From Desulfosudaceae bacterium (GTDB lineage: Bacteria; Desulfobacterota; Desulfobacteria; Desulfobacterales; Desulfosudaceae): a DNA stretch of 64,000 nucleotides. Positions 48,444 to 57,937 of the stretch are shown one piece after another (position 1 is the stretch's first letter; the number at the start of each line of letters is the position of its first letter). The stretch lies in NCBI GenBank assembly GCA_963674745.2, contig CAXXDV010000001.1, positions 160,001 through 224,000 of the forward strand. The letters run 5' to 3'. Below the pieces are notes generated by a model that was not told the origin of the DNA, searched no databases, and saw only the letters and a list, made by a program, of their open reading frames with translations. The translations under genes and the position numbers were made by a program.

Positions 48444-49577
48444 TTATCTTTTATGTTTGGTGATTATTTCTGCAATATTGTCTACATGTTCCAGTCCCAA
48501 ATCTGGAAAAATTGGCAGACACAACACCTCTTCCGCCACTCGGGTAGCCACCGGCAAGTTTTTCGGTTCCGCTTCGGGCAGGGATCGGTACATACTAAAG
48601 GATGAGATCAGCGGATAAAAATAACGGCGGCAGAAATAGTTATATGTTTTCAAGTGTTCATAAAGCGCATCCCGGGTCCGGCCAAAGGTGGCGGTGTTCA
48701 CAAATATAGGAAAATAAGCATTATTGTAATCCACATCCGGTCCGGGTCTCAGAAAGGAGATACCCTCAATGCTATCCATCAGGCCCATGTATCTCTCGGC
48801 AATAGCTTTGCGCTTTGCTCTGACTTGATCAAAGTATTTTAACTGCAACAAGCCCAAACCGGCCTGAAATTCGTTCATCTTGGCATTGATCCCGGGCGCC
48901 ACTACCGTGGTCTCTCCGGCAAATCCGAAATTTTTCAGGTAGCCGATACGCTTGCGGGTCCTGGCATCGTGACAGATAATGGCCCCGCCTTCAAAGGTGT
49001 TAAAGGCCTTGGTGGCATGGAAGCTAAGCACGGATAGATCCCCAAAATCCGCCAGAGACCGCCCCCCCAACCGGACCCCAAAAGTGTGGGCCGCGTCATA
49101 GATCAGATGCAGCCCGTAGGTGCCGGCGATCTCTTGGAAGCGATTTACCCGACAGGGATTTCCGTAGACATGAACCGGCATGATGCCCGTGGTTTTGAGT
49201 GTGATGGCGGATTCCACCCTTTCCGGATCCAGATTATAATATTCCGGTTCGATGTCCACAAACACCGGCCGAATGTTGTTCCACCACAGCGAATGAGAGG
49301 TGGCCACAAAGCTGAAAGGCGTGGTGATAACCTCACCGGTGACCCGCATCACCTGCAGGGCAAGGACCAGGGCCAGGGTGCCGTTGGCGCACAGTGCCAC
49401 GTAGGGCACACCAAGAAATTCGGCCAGCTGCCTTTCAAATTCCTCGTGAAAGGGACCGGAGTTGGTGAGGCATTTGCTTGTCCAAATCTTTTCAAGATAC
49501 GGCTGGAATTCTTCAATCGGCGGCAGATATGACTGTGTTACGAATATGGGCTCAGTGGCTTTTTTGTCTGTTATCAT
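48444..49577 (-). CDS. DegT family aminotransferase (VioA-like)
   Basis: NGTLAL, TTPFSFVAT, YDAAH, SFHATK.FNTFEGG and GINAKMNE motifs. Confidence 0.9.
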   Translation of the reverse strand: MITDKKATEPIFVTQSYLPPIEEFQPYLEKIWTSKCLTNSGPFHEEFERQLAEFLGVPYVALCANGTLALVLALQVMRVTGEVITTPFSFVATSHSLWWNNIRPVFVDIEPEYYNLDPERVESAITLKTTGIMPVHVYGNPCRVNRFQEIAGTYGLHLIYDAAHTFGVRLGGRSLADFGDLSVLSFHATKAFNTFEGGAIICHDARTRKRIGYLKNFGFAGETTVVAPGINAKMNEFQAGLGLLQLKYFDQVRAKRKAIAERYMGLMDSIEGISFLRPGPDVDYNNAYFPIFVNTATFGRTRDALYEHLKTYNYFCRRYFYPLISSFSMYRSLPEAEPKNLPVATRVAEEVLCLPIFPDLGLEHVDNIAEIITKHKR

Positions 49578-49622
49578 AAGTTTAAGACCTCTTTTTAAAA
49601 ACAAAAATTTTAAGCCGTCTGC

Positions 49623-50270
49623 TTACAGGTCCAAGGGGGATAAGCTCTTGACAATTTTCCCGGGTACGCCCACTACAAGTGAATTGTCCGCGACATCTTT
49701 TGTAACCAACGCGCCAGCGCCAACAATAACATTCATGCCCAGACAAATATCAGGAAGCAAAACAGCACCTGAACCAATTTTACAGAACTTGCCTATCCTG
49801 CATCTGCCTGAAATATGCACACCGGGCAATAACACTGAATACTTTCCGATAAATGTATCGTGGCCAATGGTGCAGTTAAGATTTATCAAAGCCCCTTCTT
49901 CAATGGTAATCTCGCATGTGACAACGCTCCCGGTCATGAGGTTGACGCCCCGGCCAATGGCAACACCAAATTGTCCGATATGCGCATTAGGCGAAATTGT
50001 CGAGGTGTATTCCCCGCCCCATTTCGTAAATTTTGCGGCTAAGGAATACCGAAGAACAGGATCACCGAGACCCACAGTAAACTTTTTGGAATAACGGCTA
50101 AAAACATCTACTACATCAGCCTTGTTTCGCAGCACCTTAAATTTATTGTACAAGACTTCGGGAACGTGATCTGATATATCGTCATAAAAAAATATTTCTT
50201 CACTAAGCGGTTTTTGGGACAGGACTGCCAGCACTTCTTTTGCAAAGCCTTTTGCGCCGACGATGATCAT
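49623..50270 (-). CDS. Sugar N/O-acetyltransferase (paralogue of 47750-48382)
   Basis: VGAKGFAKE, NCTIGHD and hexapeptide repeats. Confidence 0.88.
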   Translation of the reverse strand: MIIVGAKGFAKEVLAVLSQKPLSEEIFFYDDISDHVPEVLYNKFKVLRNKADVVDVFSRYSKKFTVGLGDPVLRYSLAAKFTKWGGEYTSTISPNAHIGQFGVAIGRGVNLMTGSVVTCEITIEEGALINLNCTIGHDTFIGKYSVLLPGVHISGRCRIGKFCKIGSGAVLLPDICLGMNVIVGAGALVTKDVADNSLVVGVPGKIVKSLSPLDL

Positions 50271-50422
50271 CTTAATACCTCGCTTTCGCCCTGCCTGAGA
50301 AGGCATGCCACACGTTGAAAGTGCGTTTGAGCTTTATTGTCTCGATTGTCGATATAAAATATAAAAATTTATTGATCTAAAAGCTTAATTCTCGACTCGT
50401 TTATCATACTCTTTTTAGGTTA

Positions 50423-51769
50423 TTATTGTCGTTTACGGCTACGCGTTGCATATTGCGTCGCATACTCCACGACAATGCGGGCCAGACGCTCGGTGGCCAT
50501 TCCGTCCAGCGGACCAAAAAGTTTTTCCCGGATCTTTTTCCTACCTTCAGCAAACCATGTAGGGTCGGCAAGCGCCCGGCGAATTGCGCCCATCAACTCT
50601 TCAGGTGAATTCACCAGGGCAATGGTTCCTTCGTCCACAAGAAAACGGAAATGCTTTTTCAACCATCCGTGTTGAAAAAACTGTTCATATTCTTCAGCCA
50701 TAATCGGATTGAAAGCCGGCACGACAGTCGGAGTGTCAAAAATAGCCGCTTCTATAGTCATGGTGGATCCGGGGCTGACGCAGACATCTGCATGCCGCAG
50801 CAGATTACCAGCGAGAATATTTTCATCTCGCGACGGCCACCAACGCATGCCAGGGCAATACCTGGAATATCTGGAGAATACGATATCTTTCCGCGCTCGA
50901 AATTCGTCAAAGTAATGATCTATAGACAGGGGATGAAGCCTCAACACAACCTGCGGCGGTCCAGGCAGCGCCGCCTCATCCAGCGCATTCAGAAACGCCC
51001 GAAAGGTGCCAGTCTCATCCCCGAACATTCGCAACTGCCCCATAGTGGCAAAAAACAGAATAGGCCGCTCGGGATCAAGGCCCATGTGGTCACACAATTT
51101 TTGCCGGGTCCAAATACTTTCGGTTTCAAAATAAGGGTCAAATATCGGCGCGCCGATGACCTCGATCTGCTCGGGCAAATAGCCGCTGATATTAACCAAA
51201 CCGTCACGCATAACTGTTGACCAGCAGGTCAGTCGATCGGGCCTGAAACGCTGTGGGGTGAAGGGATGATCCCAGGAAAAAATGTTGCCGAGCGTGGGTA
51301 TCCCCTTAAGATAGCAAAGGCCCAACAGACCGCGGCTGAAACCCTGATTGAAATGGGCCGTAACAAAACAATCCGGTTTGAATTCTTCGAGAAAATCGTC
51401 CAGAAAGGCCGCATCGGCTGCGTTAACGCGGGCGCTGAAAATTTTCCACATCCATTGCCGGGCACGCCGCCATTTAACGTGAGAAAGTATACTATCAAGG
51501 CGTCTCTCGACCTTGAACAGCAGGGGGTGGCGTATCTTTTGAGCCTGCTGGACGGAAAAATAAGAAAAACTGGTACCAGGTAAACGATATCGCTCGATAA
51601 ATGGTTCGAAGCAGGCGCCGGGGGATAGGACATGGACCTCGGCCCCTAAATCCAGACAATGCTGGAGAAAATTGTTTTCAAGAATAGCGCTGGCTGAACG
51701 GCCGTCGCCGGTTTCGAGCAGGATACGTAAAGGCCTGTTTGGTTTTTTTGAGGATAACTTCTGTTTCAT
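50423..51769 (-). CDS. GT-B fold protein (CDP-glycerol transferase-like; possible nonulosonate transferase)
   Basis: SWD, RLHP and STMTIEAAIFDTP motifs; lies directly downstream of the NeuA fusion. Confidence 0.6.
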   Translation of the reverse strand: MKQKLSSKKPNRPLRILLETGDGRSASAILENNFLQHCLDLGAEVHVLSPGACFEPFIERYRLPGTSFSYFSVQQAQKIRHPLLFKVERRLDSILSHVKWRRARQWMWKIFSARVNAADAAFLDDFLEEFKPDCFVTAHFNQGFSRGLLGLCYLKGIPTLGNIFSWDHPFTPQRFRPDRLTCWSTVMRDGLVNISGYLPEQIEVIGAPIFDPYFETESIWTRQKLCDHMGLDPERPILFFATMGQLRMFGDETGTFRAFLNALDEAALPGPPQVVLRLHPLSIDHYFDEFRARKDIVFSRYSRYCPGMRWWPSRDENILAGNLLRHADVCVSPGSTMTIEAAIFDTPTVVPAFNPIMAEEYEQFFQHGWLKKHFRFLVDEGTIALVNSPEELMGAIRRALADPTWFAEGRKKIREKLFGPLDGMATERLARIVVEYATQYATRSRKRQ

Positions 51770-51812
51770 AGAAAGGTTTTATGTTTTAAGTGTTAGGATA
51801 ATAAGGTAATGC

Positions 51813-53903
51813 TCATTTATTTTTCCTGGATGCCGGATCGGGGTCCGGCATGACGAAGGAAAGGGTGTTGTTGGACCCCGGCTCACGTTTCGCTTCGCTC
51901 CACTGGCCGGGATGACGATGGAAAGAGCATTGGATTCCCGGTGGGCGGAGGGGTTCGTTGTCTGCTGGTTTGCGGGTGTAAAAAGTCATGAAATTTCCGT
52001 AGAAAGGGGGTGATGTTTTCTGTTTGTCGAACAGGCGGAGCAGATTTTCTTTTGTGAAATGGCGTGTGTTAAAATAGGGAAAATCCACTTTTTCAATGAT
52101 AAAACCCTCATCCCGAAGAAGGCGATACATGGATTCCTGCGTAAAAAGGCTGACATGGGTTTGATCATGGAGCAGCCGATAGCGTTTTCCAAAAAGACGG
52201 GCACAGCCGCTGTCAAAATCCGGGGTGCCCAAGATCATCCAGCCGTTCGGGCGCATTACACGACGGACTTCACGCAGGGTGGAAAACGGATCATCGAGAT
52301 GCTCGATAACGTGATGAAACACTATGGCATCAAAATGGTCGGAAGGGTAAGCGGCATCTTTGAGTTTGCCACAGAATATACGGCCATGGGCTGTGGCATG
52401 TTCCGCGGCAAAGGCTGACACTTCGGTTCCGTAGCGTTCCCATTTGGAGTCCAGAGCGGAAAGAAGGAACCCGGGTCCGCAGCCTACATCCAATATTCTT
52501 CCACCCGGCAGGTTGTTTAAAAATCTTAATTCTGAAGGAATGTCTGCCAGGGACCGATCCCGCTCCTGGAGGCGGTCTCTTTTCACCCCGTCGGGATCTT
52601 CTATTTTACCCCAGTAAGATTCTTCGTAGTCCGGTAGGCTCGTGGGTACGCGGCGGACAAAGTAGATGCCCTCGCCTTCATATTCAATTTTATCCGCTTG
52701 GCTTTTAGCCTTTATAAACGCATCACAACATTCCCGGACGGCGCCATGGCCGCCACGGAAGCAGAGCACCCAGGCGGCAAGAGGGGCAAGGGAGGGATCA
52801 GCGTCAGCGACAAGAATGGGGATTCCGGCCCAGCACAGAGCTTCCCGGTCATTGGTATCATTGCCGACAAACGCAACCGACGCACGATCGATATTCATTG
52901 AATCAGATAGTTTAGAAAGGGCGACAGCTTTGTTACTCGCACCGGTAATGCAGGCAATATCCAACTTACGGCAACGGGCTTCCACGACCGCATTCATTTC
53001 GGTTGAGACCACGGCAACACGGATGCCTGTTTGTCTTCTGAGTTGCGTCAATCCCCAGCTATCAGACCGGCTGCAACAGACGCTTTCGTGACCATCGTCA
53101 TTTACCCAGACATGATTGTCGGTAAGCACACCGTCAAAGTCCAGGGCCAGCAGCTGGACACGGCGTAGTGTGCTTTGCGGGGGAACGCGGGGCTGAAGTA
53201 GCGCCGGGGGCGAGGTGTTTTGTATTTCCGGCATCATGAGTTTTTCAAGGAACCGCAGGTCTTCGATGGTGTCTATTTGAAAGGAGCGTTCCAGCGGCAT
53301 AGGGTAAATGCCGATGCGGTTGCCCATGCGGGCACCGGTTTGCTTTAAAACAAATGGCTTGAATACGTAAATACTGCCGTTTTCCAAGTATTCGGAAGGG
53401 TTATCCTGACGTCGGGGTCGGTTGGCCGGGTCAAAATTCAAGGGACGGGCACAGCCGGTTTCATCCTGTTGCCAGCGGCCGATAAAATGGCCTTCAAATC
53501 CGGAAAACACACTGTCGTAATTGTTGCTTAATAGGAGATTCACTGCACCGTCAATATCCGAGGCCAAGCGATAAGGAGAGGTGGCCTGAAGAAAAACAAC
53601 CAGGTCCGGGTTATATTGTTCGTTTTGCGCCAGCTTGTCCAGCACGTGCAGGAGAGCGGATTCGGATGAGGCAGTATCGGTGGCCAGTTCCGGTGGTCGG
53701 TGGACAATTTTAGCGCCGTATGATTCGGCCACGGCGGCGATTTCGTTGTCATCCGTGGAGACGATCACGCGGGTGACTGCATCTGATGCCAGGGCGGTTT
53801 CGATGCTCCAGGCGATCAGGGGTTTGCCGGCAATGGGGTGTAGATTTTTGCGCGGGATGCCTTTGGAGCCGCCGCGGGCGGGGATGATGCAGAGGGTGTT
53901 CAT
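51813..53903 (-). CDS. Fusion: CMP-nonulosonate synthetase (NeuA) + HAD phosphatase (KdsC-like) + SAM methyltransferase
   Basis: IPARGGSKGIPRKN and LQATSP; then LDFDGVLTD and VGNDTND; then LDVGCGPG and HVIEHL. Confidence 0.88.
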   Translation of the reverse strand: MNTLCIIPARGGSKGIPRKNLHPIAGKPLIAWSIETALASDAVTRVIVSTDDNEIAAVAESYGAKIVHRPPELATDTASSESALLHVLDKLAQNEQYNPDLVVFLQATSPYRLASDIDGAVNLLLSNNYDSVFSGFEGHFIGRWQQDETGCARPLNFDPANRPRRQDNPSEYLENGSIYVFKPFVLKQTGARMGNRIGIYPMPLERSFQIDTIEDLRFLEKLMMPEIQNTSPPALLQPRVPPQSTLRRVQLLALDFDGVLTDNHVWVNDDGHESVCCSRSDSWGLTQLRRQTGIRVAVVSTEMNAVVEARCRKLDIACITGASNKAVALSKLSDSMNIDRASVAFVGNDTNDREALCWAGIPILVADADPSLAPLAAWVLCFRGGHGAVRECCDAFIKAKSQADKIEYEGEGIYFVRRVPTSLPDYEESYWGKIEDPDGVKRDRLQERDRSLADIPSELRFLNNLPGGRILDVGCGPGFLLSALDSKWERYGTEVSAFAAEHATAHGRIFCGKLKDAAYPSDHFDAIVFHHVIEHLDDPFSTLREVRRVMRPNGWMILGTPDFDSGCARLFGKRYRLLHDQTHVSLFTQESMYRLLRDEGFIIEKVDFPYFNTRHFTKENLLRLFDKQKTSPPFYGNFMTFYTRKPADNEPLRPPGIQCSFHRHPGQWSEAKREPGSNNTLSFVMPDPDPASRKNK

Positions 53904-53907
53904 AGAA

Positions 53908-54197
53908 TGTGGTTATGTGTTTATGTGATTAAGTGTTTATGTGATCGGGGTTTGAGCCTGCTTTGCAGGAGTTTGAAAGTTTTACGTTTTAGAGTTTTAG
54001 GTTTTTAGGTGAAGGTGGTTATGTGGTTATGTGATTAGGTGGTTAGCGTCCCACCCGGGCACGGCCCGGGACCAAACCTATAAAGAACAAAGACTTACAG
54101 CCTTTTTAGCTATAAAGTGGTTATGTGATCAGGGTTTGGGCCTGCTTTGCAGGCGTTTTTAAGGCAATTGGTGGATGCGCGGTGCTTATCCACCCCA
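53908..54197. repeat. Junction element: octamer arrays, two cctgctttgcagg hairpins (53957, 54141), a diverged 70-bp repeat copy and a ggtggat..atccacc palindrome
   Basis: Read directly from the sequence. Confidence 0.8.
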
Positions 54198-54296
54198 CAA
54201 AAACAGAATGAAGAATTAAAAGTTGAAAATGCATTAATGCTCTATAATAGGGTGAAAATTGGAACGCATCCACCGAATCTGCCAAATTGCCGGGGG

Positions 54297-55655
54297 TCAC
54301 TTTTGATCTAATGGATAATACCCCCCTGTTTTAGGTGGACCTTGAAATTTGATTTTATTTTGGTCGCGCAGTTCTTTTAACCAGCGCTCCAATGTTCTTT
54401 GCGGCAAATTCAGGGCGGTTTTAATCTCCGTGGATTTTTTGCCGGGGTTGGTTTTAATATAATTTAAAAGATTATTTACTCCGCCATTTACTCCGCCATT
54501 TACTCCGCCATTTACTCCGCCACCTGGTACTTCACTGATTGGAAACAATGTTACCTTGAAATTATCGGCAATTGTTTCAAACACAGGTTCTGGTGATCCT
54601 GCATCTGCCATCGACTGCATCACCCGTTTAATCCCGGAACCATACTTTTCTATAATTCCGGCCTCTTTAAATATTGAGGCAATCTGTTTGTTTCTTGGAT
54701 TGGATGCCAGCCTCCCGGAAAGGATGTCCTTTATTTTCATTCCCTTGGGGAGTGGTCCCGGGTTGAAAAACTCCATTCTATTGTAAAATATTTTAATGGC
54801 CGAATCACCTTGCGCCTGATAATCTCTATGGACAATCATATTTACGATAATTTCTCTTACAGCTTCCAGTGGGTATTCCCAGACCTCATCTCTTTGGGGT
54901 TTGCCTGAAATAACAAACCTTTTGCTGATATGCTTGCGGACAAAAGCCATACACGCTTCCACTTCTGAAAAAAGGTCATTTCGAATGGTGGTGCTGTCCT
55001 TTATGATTGTTTCAGAATCAAAACGGCCTGCATCAATAGTGGAAACCATAGACGGATTATTGCAAAAAAGCAAAAAACAGCCAAAAGAAACAGCGTTCTC
55101 ACGAAGCAGTTCAAATTTTTTGAGTACGGTCAAAGGGTCATCATTTATAGGATAATCCCGGAAACGATTCGAATTCTCGATAAACTGATTCACTTTTTCC
55201 AGTGAAATGTCAGAGATGTCGTGACTTGGGTCACGCGCAAAATCCCAGCTGAGGTTAATTGTTCTCAGGTGTTCATTGGCTATTTCATTTAAATCCATCA
55301 GGTGATTGGCGTTGTGAACCCTTTTGTAATACTTGCCTTTGAAGCTTATGGGTTTAATGGGATATGAAATGACAGACAAGCTGACGACTGTTTTACCCTC
55401 ATGGACAAACGTCTCTGCATCAGGAATGATAGACGGAGATGTTGAATTTTTTATCTGGTTGATCCACTTCTGAATACTTTCCCGAGAAACCTGAACGCCT
55501 ATTACAGCCCCCTTGTCATTTATTCCGATCAAGACCGTCCCACCCCGGGTATTGGCAAAAGCACACAATGCCTCTATGGATTCTTTCCCAAAGGAAGCCT
55601 TGAACTCAAGGTGTTCGGATTCACCTTTTTGTATGAAAGGTTGAAGTTCGGTCAT
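54297..55655 (-). CDS. Schlafen/AlbA_2 domain + HATPase_c_4 + C-terminal HTH protein (often annotated RecG-like)
   Basis: GESEHLEFK, AFANTRGG, REIIVNMIVHRDY, NPG.L, PRN and IEKYGSG motifs; a GGVN x4 linker (12-bp repeat at about 54476-54522). Confidence 0.85.
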   Translation of the reverse strand: MTELQPFIQKGESEHLEFKASFGKESIEALCAFANTRGGTVLIGINDKGAVIGVQVSRESIQKWINQIKNSTSPSIIPDAETFVHEGKTVVSLSVISYPIKPISFKGKYYKRVHNANHLMDLNEIANEHLRTINLSWDFARDPSHDISDISLEKVNQFIENSNRFRDYPINDDPLTVLKKFELLRENAVSFGCFLLFCNNPSMVSTIDAGRFDSETIIKDSTTIRNDLFSEVEACMAFVRKHISKRFVISGKPQRDEVWEYPLEAVREIIVNMIVHRDYQAQGDSAIKIFYNRMEFFNPGPLPKGMKIKDILSGRLASNPRNKQIASIFKEAGIIEKYGSGIKRVMQSMADAGSPEPVFETIADNFKVTLFPISEVPGGGVNGGVNGGVNGGVNNLLNYIKTNPGKKSTEIKTALNLPQRTLERWLKELRDQNKIKFQGPPKTGGYYPLDQK

Positions 55656-55997
55656 GGAGATTAAGCATTAAATTATAAGGGGTTCGAGGATTATATTCGC
55701 TTTTTTCAGCTTTTGGTGGATGCGTGGTGTTTATCCACCATATCAGGTTTTAACCTGCGTGCCTATGAGGGTCATCTATAAAATCAGCTTATCACGGGCA
55801 AGCTGTCGCTTTGCCCGTGGCACCCATTTTCGTTCTGTTTTGACCAGGAAAAAAGATTGCTGGATAATATTTGGAAAGGCTGAACAGGCTGTCCAATAAC
55901 CCAGAACAATCGTCATTCGAACGAAATCCGGATTCAAAAAAATTATCATATCAGTTTTATACTGGATTCCGGGTCGGAGCCCGGAATGACGAAAAGC

Positions 55998-56879
55998 CTA
56001 AGGCTCCAAGGGGGCGCGGCGGAGTTTTTCCATGACCGGGATTTCATCCGGATGGAGGCGTTTAACGCCGTCACCCAGGGCTGATTCCACGCTGCGGATG
56101 TCGCGTACCAGGCGGGCAAAGCCCTGGGGCTCTACCGAGGCGGATTGATCACTACCCCACATGGCCCGGTCCAGGGTCAGGTGGCGTTCGATCATGCAGG
56201 CGCCCAGGGTTACTGCCGCGACCGATGTTTGGAGCCCGACCTCGTGGCCGGAATAGCCGATGGGGCAATCGAATTCTGTTTGAAGCGTCTGGATGACGCG
56301 AAGGTTCAGCATTTCGACCTTTGAGGGGTAAACGCTGGTGCTGTGCGCTAGCACAAGGCGATCCGGGTCGAGCAGATCCACGGCGTGGCGGATCTGATCC
56401 ATGGTGCTCATGCCGGTGGACAGGATGATCGGCCGGCCGGTTTCTTTGAAATACCGAAGCAGGTCATCATGGGTCAGGCAGGCAGACGCGATTTTATGAC
56501 AGGGCGGATCAAAAGATTCGATAAAATCAATTGAACTTTTGTCCCAGCAGGAGGCAAACCAGAGGATACCTTTATCCCGGCAATAGGTGCCAATTTCCCG
56601 GTATTCGTCGAGACCGAATTCCAGGCCATATTTGAGTTCACCATTGGTGGTGCCAAAAGGGTTTTCCCGGGGCTTAAAAAGTTCTTCCGGGGTATATACC
56701 AGGTCAACGGTTCTTTTCTGGAATTTAACGGCCTGGCAACCGGCCTCGACTGCCGCGTCAATAAGTTTGAGGGCGGTGTCGACCTCGCCGTTGTGGTTGA
56801 TGCCAATTTCGGCAATAACAAAGCAGGGGTGCCCGGGGCCTAGTTGGTAGTTTGCGATTTGGATTGTTCGTTTGATCAT
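55998..56879 (-). CDS. neuB: NeuB family nonulosonic acid synthase (short form)
   Basis: IAEIGINHNG, VKFQKR, STGM, GYSGHE and ERHLTLDR.MWGSD motifs; 293 aa with no obvious C-terminal SAF domain. Confidence 0.88.
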   Translation of the reverse strand: MIKRTIQIANYQLGPGHPCFVIAEIGINHNGEVDTALKLIDAAVEAGCQAVKFQKRTVDLVYTPEELFKPRENPFGTTNGELKYGLEFGLDEYREIGTYCRDKGILWFASCWDKSSIDFIESFDPPCHKIASACLTHDDLLRYFKETGRPIILSTGMSTMDQIRHAVDLLDPDRLVLAHSTSVYPSKVEMLNLRVIQTLQTEFDCPIGYSGHEVGLQTSVAAVTLGACMIERHLTLDRAMWGSDQSASVEPQGFARLVRDIRSVESALGDGVKRLHPDEIPVMEKLRRAPLEP

Positions 56880-56994
56880 AAGGTGCCTGAAGTTAAGGTT
56901 TTATGGTTTTAAAGTTTTAAGATTTAGGGTTACAAATCGAATAGTATCAATTTGATTCTGGATCCTCCGGGCAAGCCGGGGGATGACGGAGTAA

Positions 56995-57864
56995 TTAAAT
57001 TATATCCGCAAAGGTGGCTTCCATGCGGCGGAAATAGAATACGCCTGATAATAAAAACAGGAAGGCGGCCATGGCCGAGACAGCGATCATGAAGCCCGGG
57101 GCGGTATCCGTGCCCAATAGAGCCCAGCGAAACCCTTCAACAACGCCTGCCATGGGGTTTAAACCGTATAATGTGTGCCAGGGTTGTTTTAATAGACTGC
57201 TGGGATAGGCAATGGGCGTGGCAAACAACCAGAACTGCAAAATAAAGGGCAGAATATAGCGTACATCCCGATAGCGAACGCTTAAGGCCGACAGCCACAG
57301 GCCTGCTCCCAGGGCGGTGACCATGGCAAGCAGGACCAGGGCCGGGATCCAGAACACATTCCATGTCGGTACGATGCCATAGCCTACCATAAATATAAGC
57401 AGAACAAAAAACGCGATGGCCATGTCGACCAGGGCGGCAAATGTGCAAGACAGGGGTATGACCAGACGGGGGAAATATACTTTTTTGATCATACCGGCAT
57501 TACTCACCAGGCTGCTAGAGGACTGGCTTAACGCACCGGAAAAAAAATGCCAGGGCACAAGGGCGGCAAAGGAAAAAATCGGGTAAGGCAATCCATCCGA
57601 AGGCACTTTGGCCAGTCGGCCGAAGAACAGGCTGAAGACCAGCATGGTCAGCAACGGCTGCAATATGGCCCAGCCTGCCCCCAGTATGGTCTGTTTGTAT
57701 CGGACCTTGATGTCCCGACAGGTCAACAGGCGCAGGAGATCGCGATACGCCCATATATCCCGCAGGTTGATGTGCGCCCAGCCTTTTAAGGGACGGATAC
57801 GGGTTAGGGACGAGGCATAAGTATCAGGTGATGCGGCTGCGGTTATGTTTGGGTTTTTCTGCAT
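56995..57864 (-). CDS. wzm: ABC-2 polysaccharide permease Wzm
   Basis: RDIKVRYKQT.LG..WA.LQP, KKVYFPR, TPIAYP and LNPM motifs. Confidence 0.92.
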   Translation of the reverse strand: MQKNPNITAAASPDTYASSLTRIRPLKGWAHINLRDIWAYRDLLRLLTCRDIKVRYKQTILGAGWAILQPLLTMLVFSLFFGRLAKVPSDGLPYPIFSFAALVPWHFFSGALSQSSSSLVSNAGMIKKVYFPRLVIPLSCTFAALVDMAIAFFVLLIFMVGYGIVPTWNVFWIPALVLLAMVTALGAGLWLSALSVRYRDVRYILPFILQFWLFATPIAYPSSLLKQPWHTLYGLNPMAGVVEGFRWALLGTDTAPGFMIAVSAMAAFLFLLSGVFYFRRMEATFADII

Positions 57865-57937
57865 TCAGGATTACAATGTGGTTATGTGATTAGGTGTTTA
57901 AGTGATTATGTGATTAAGGGTTAGAAGATTTAGCGTT

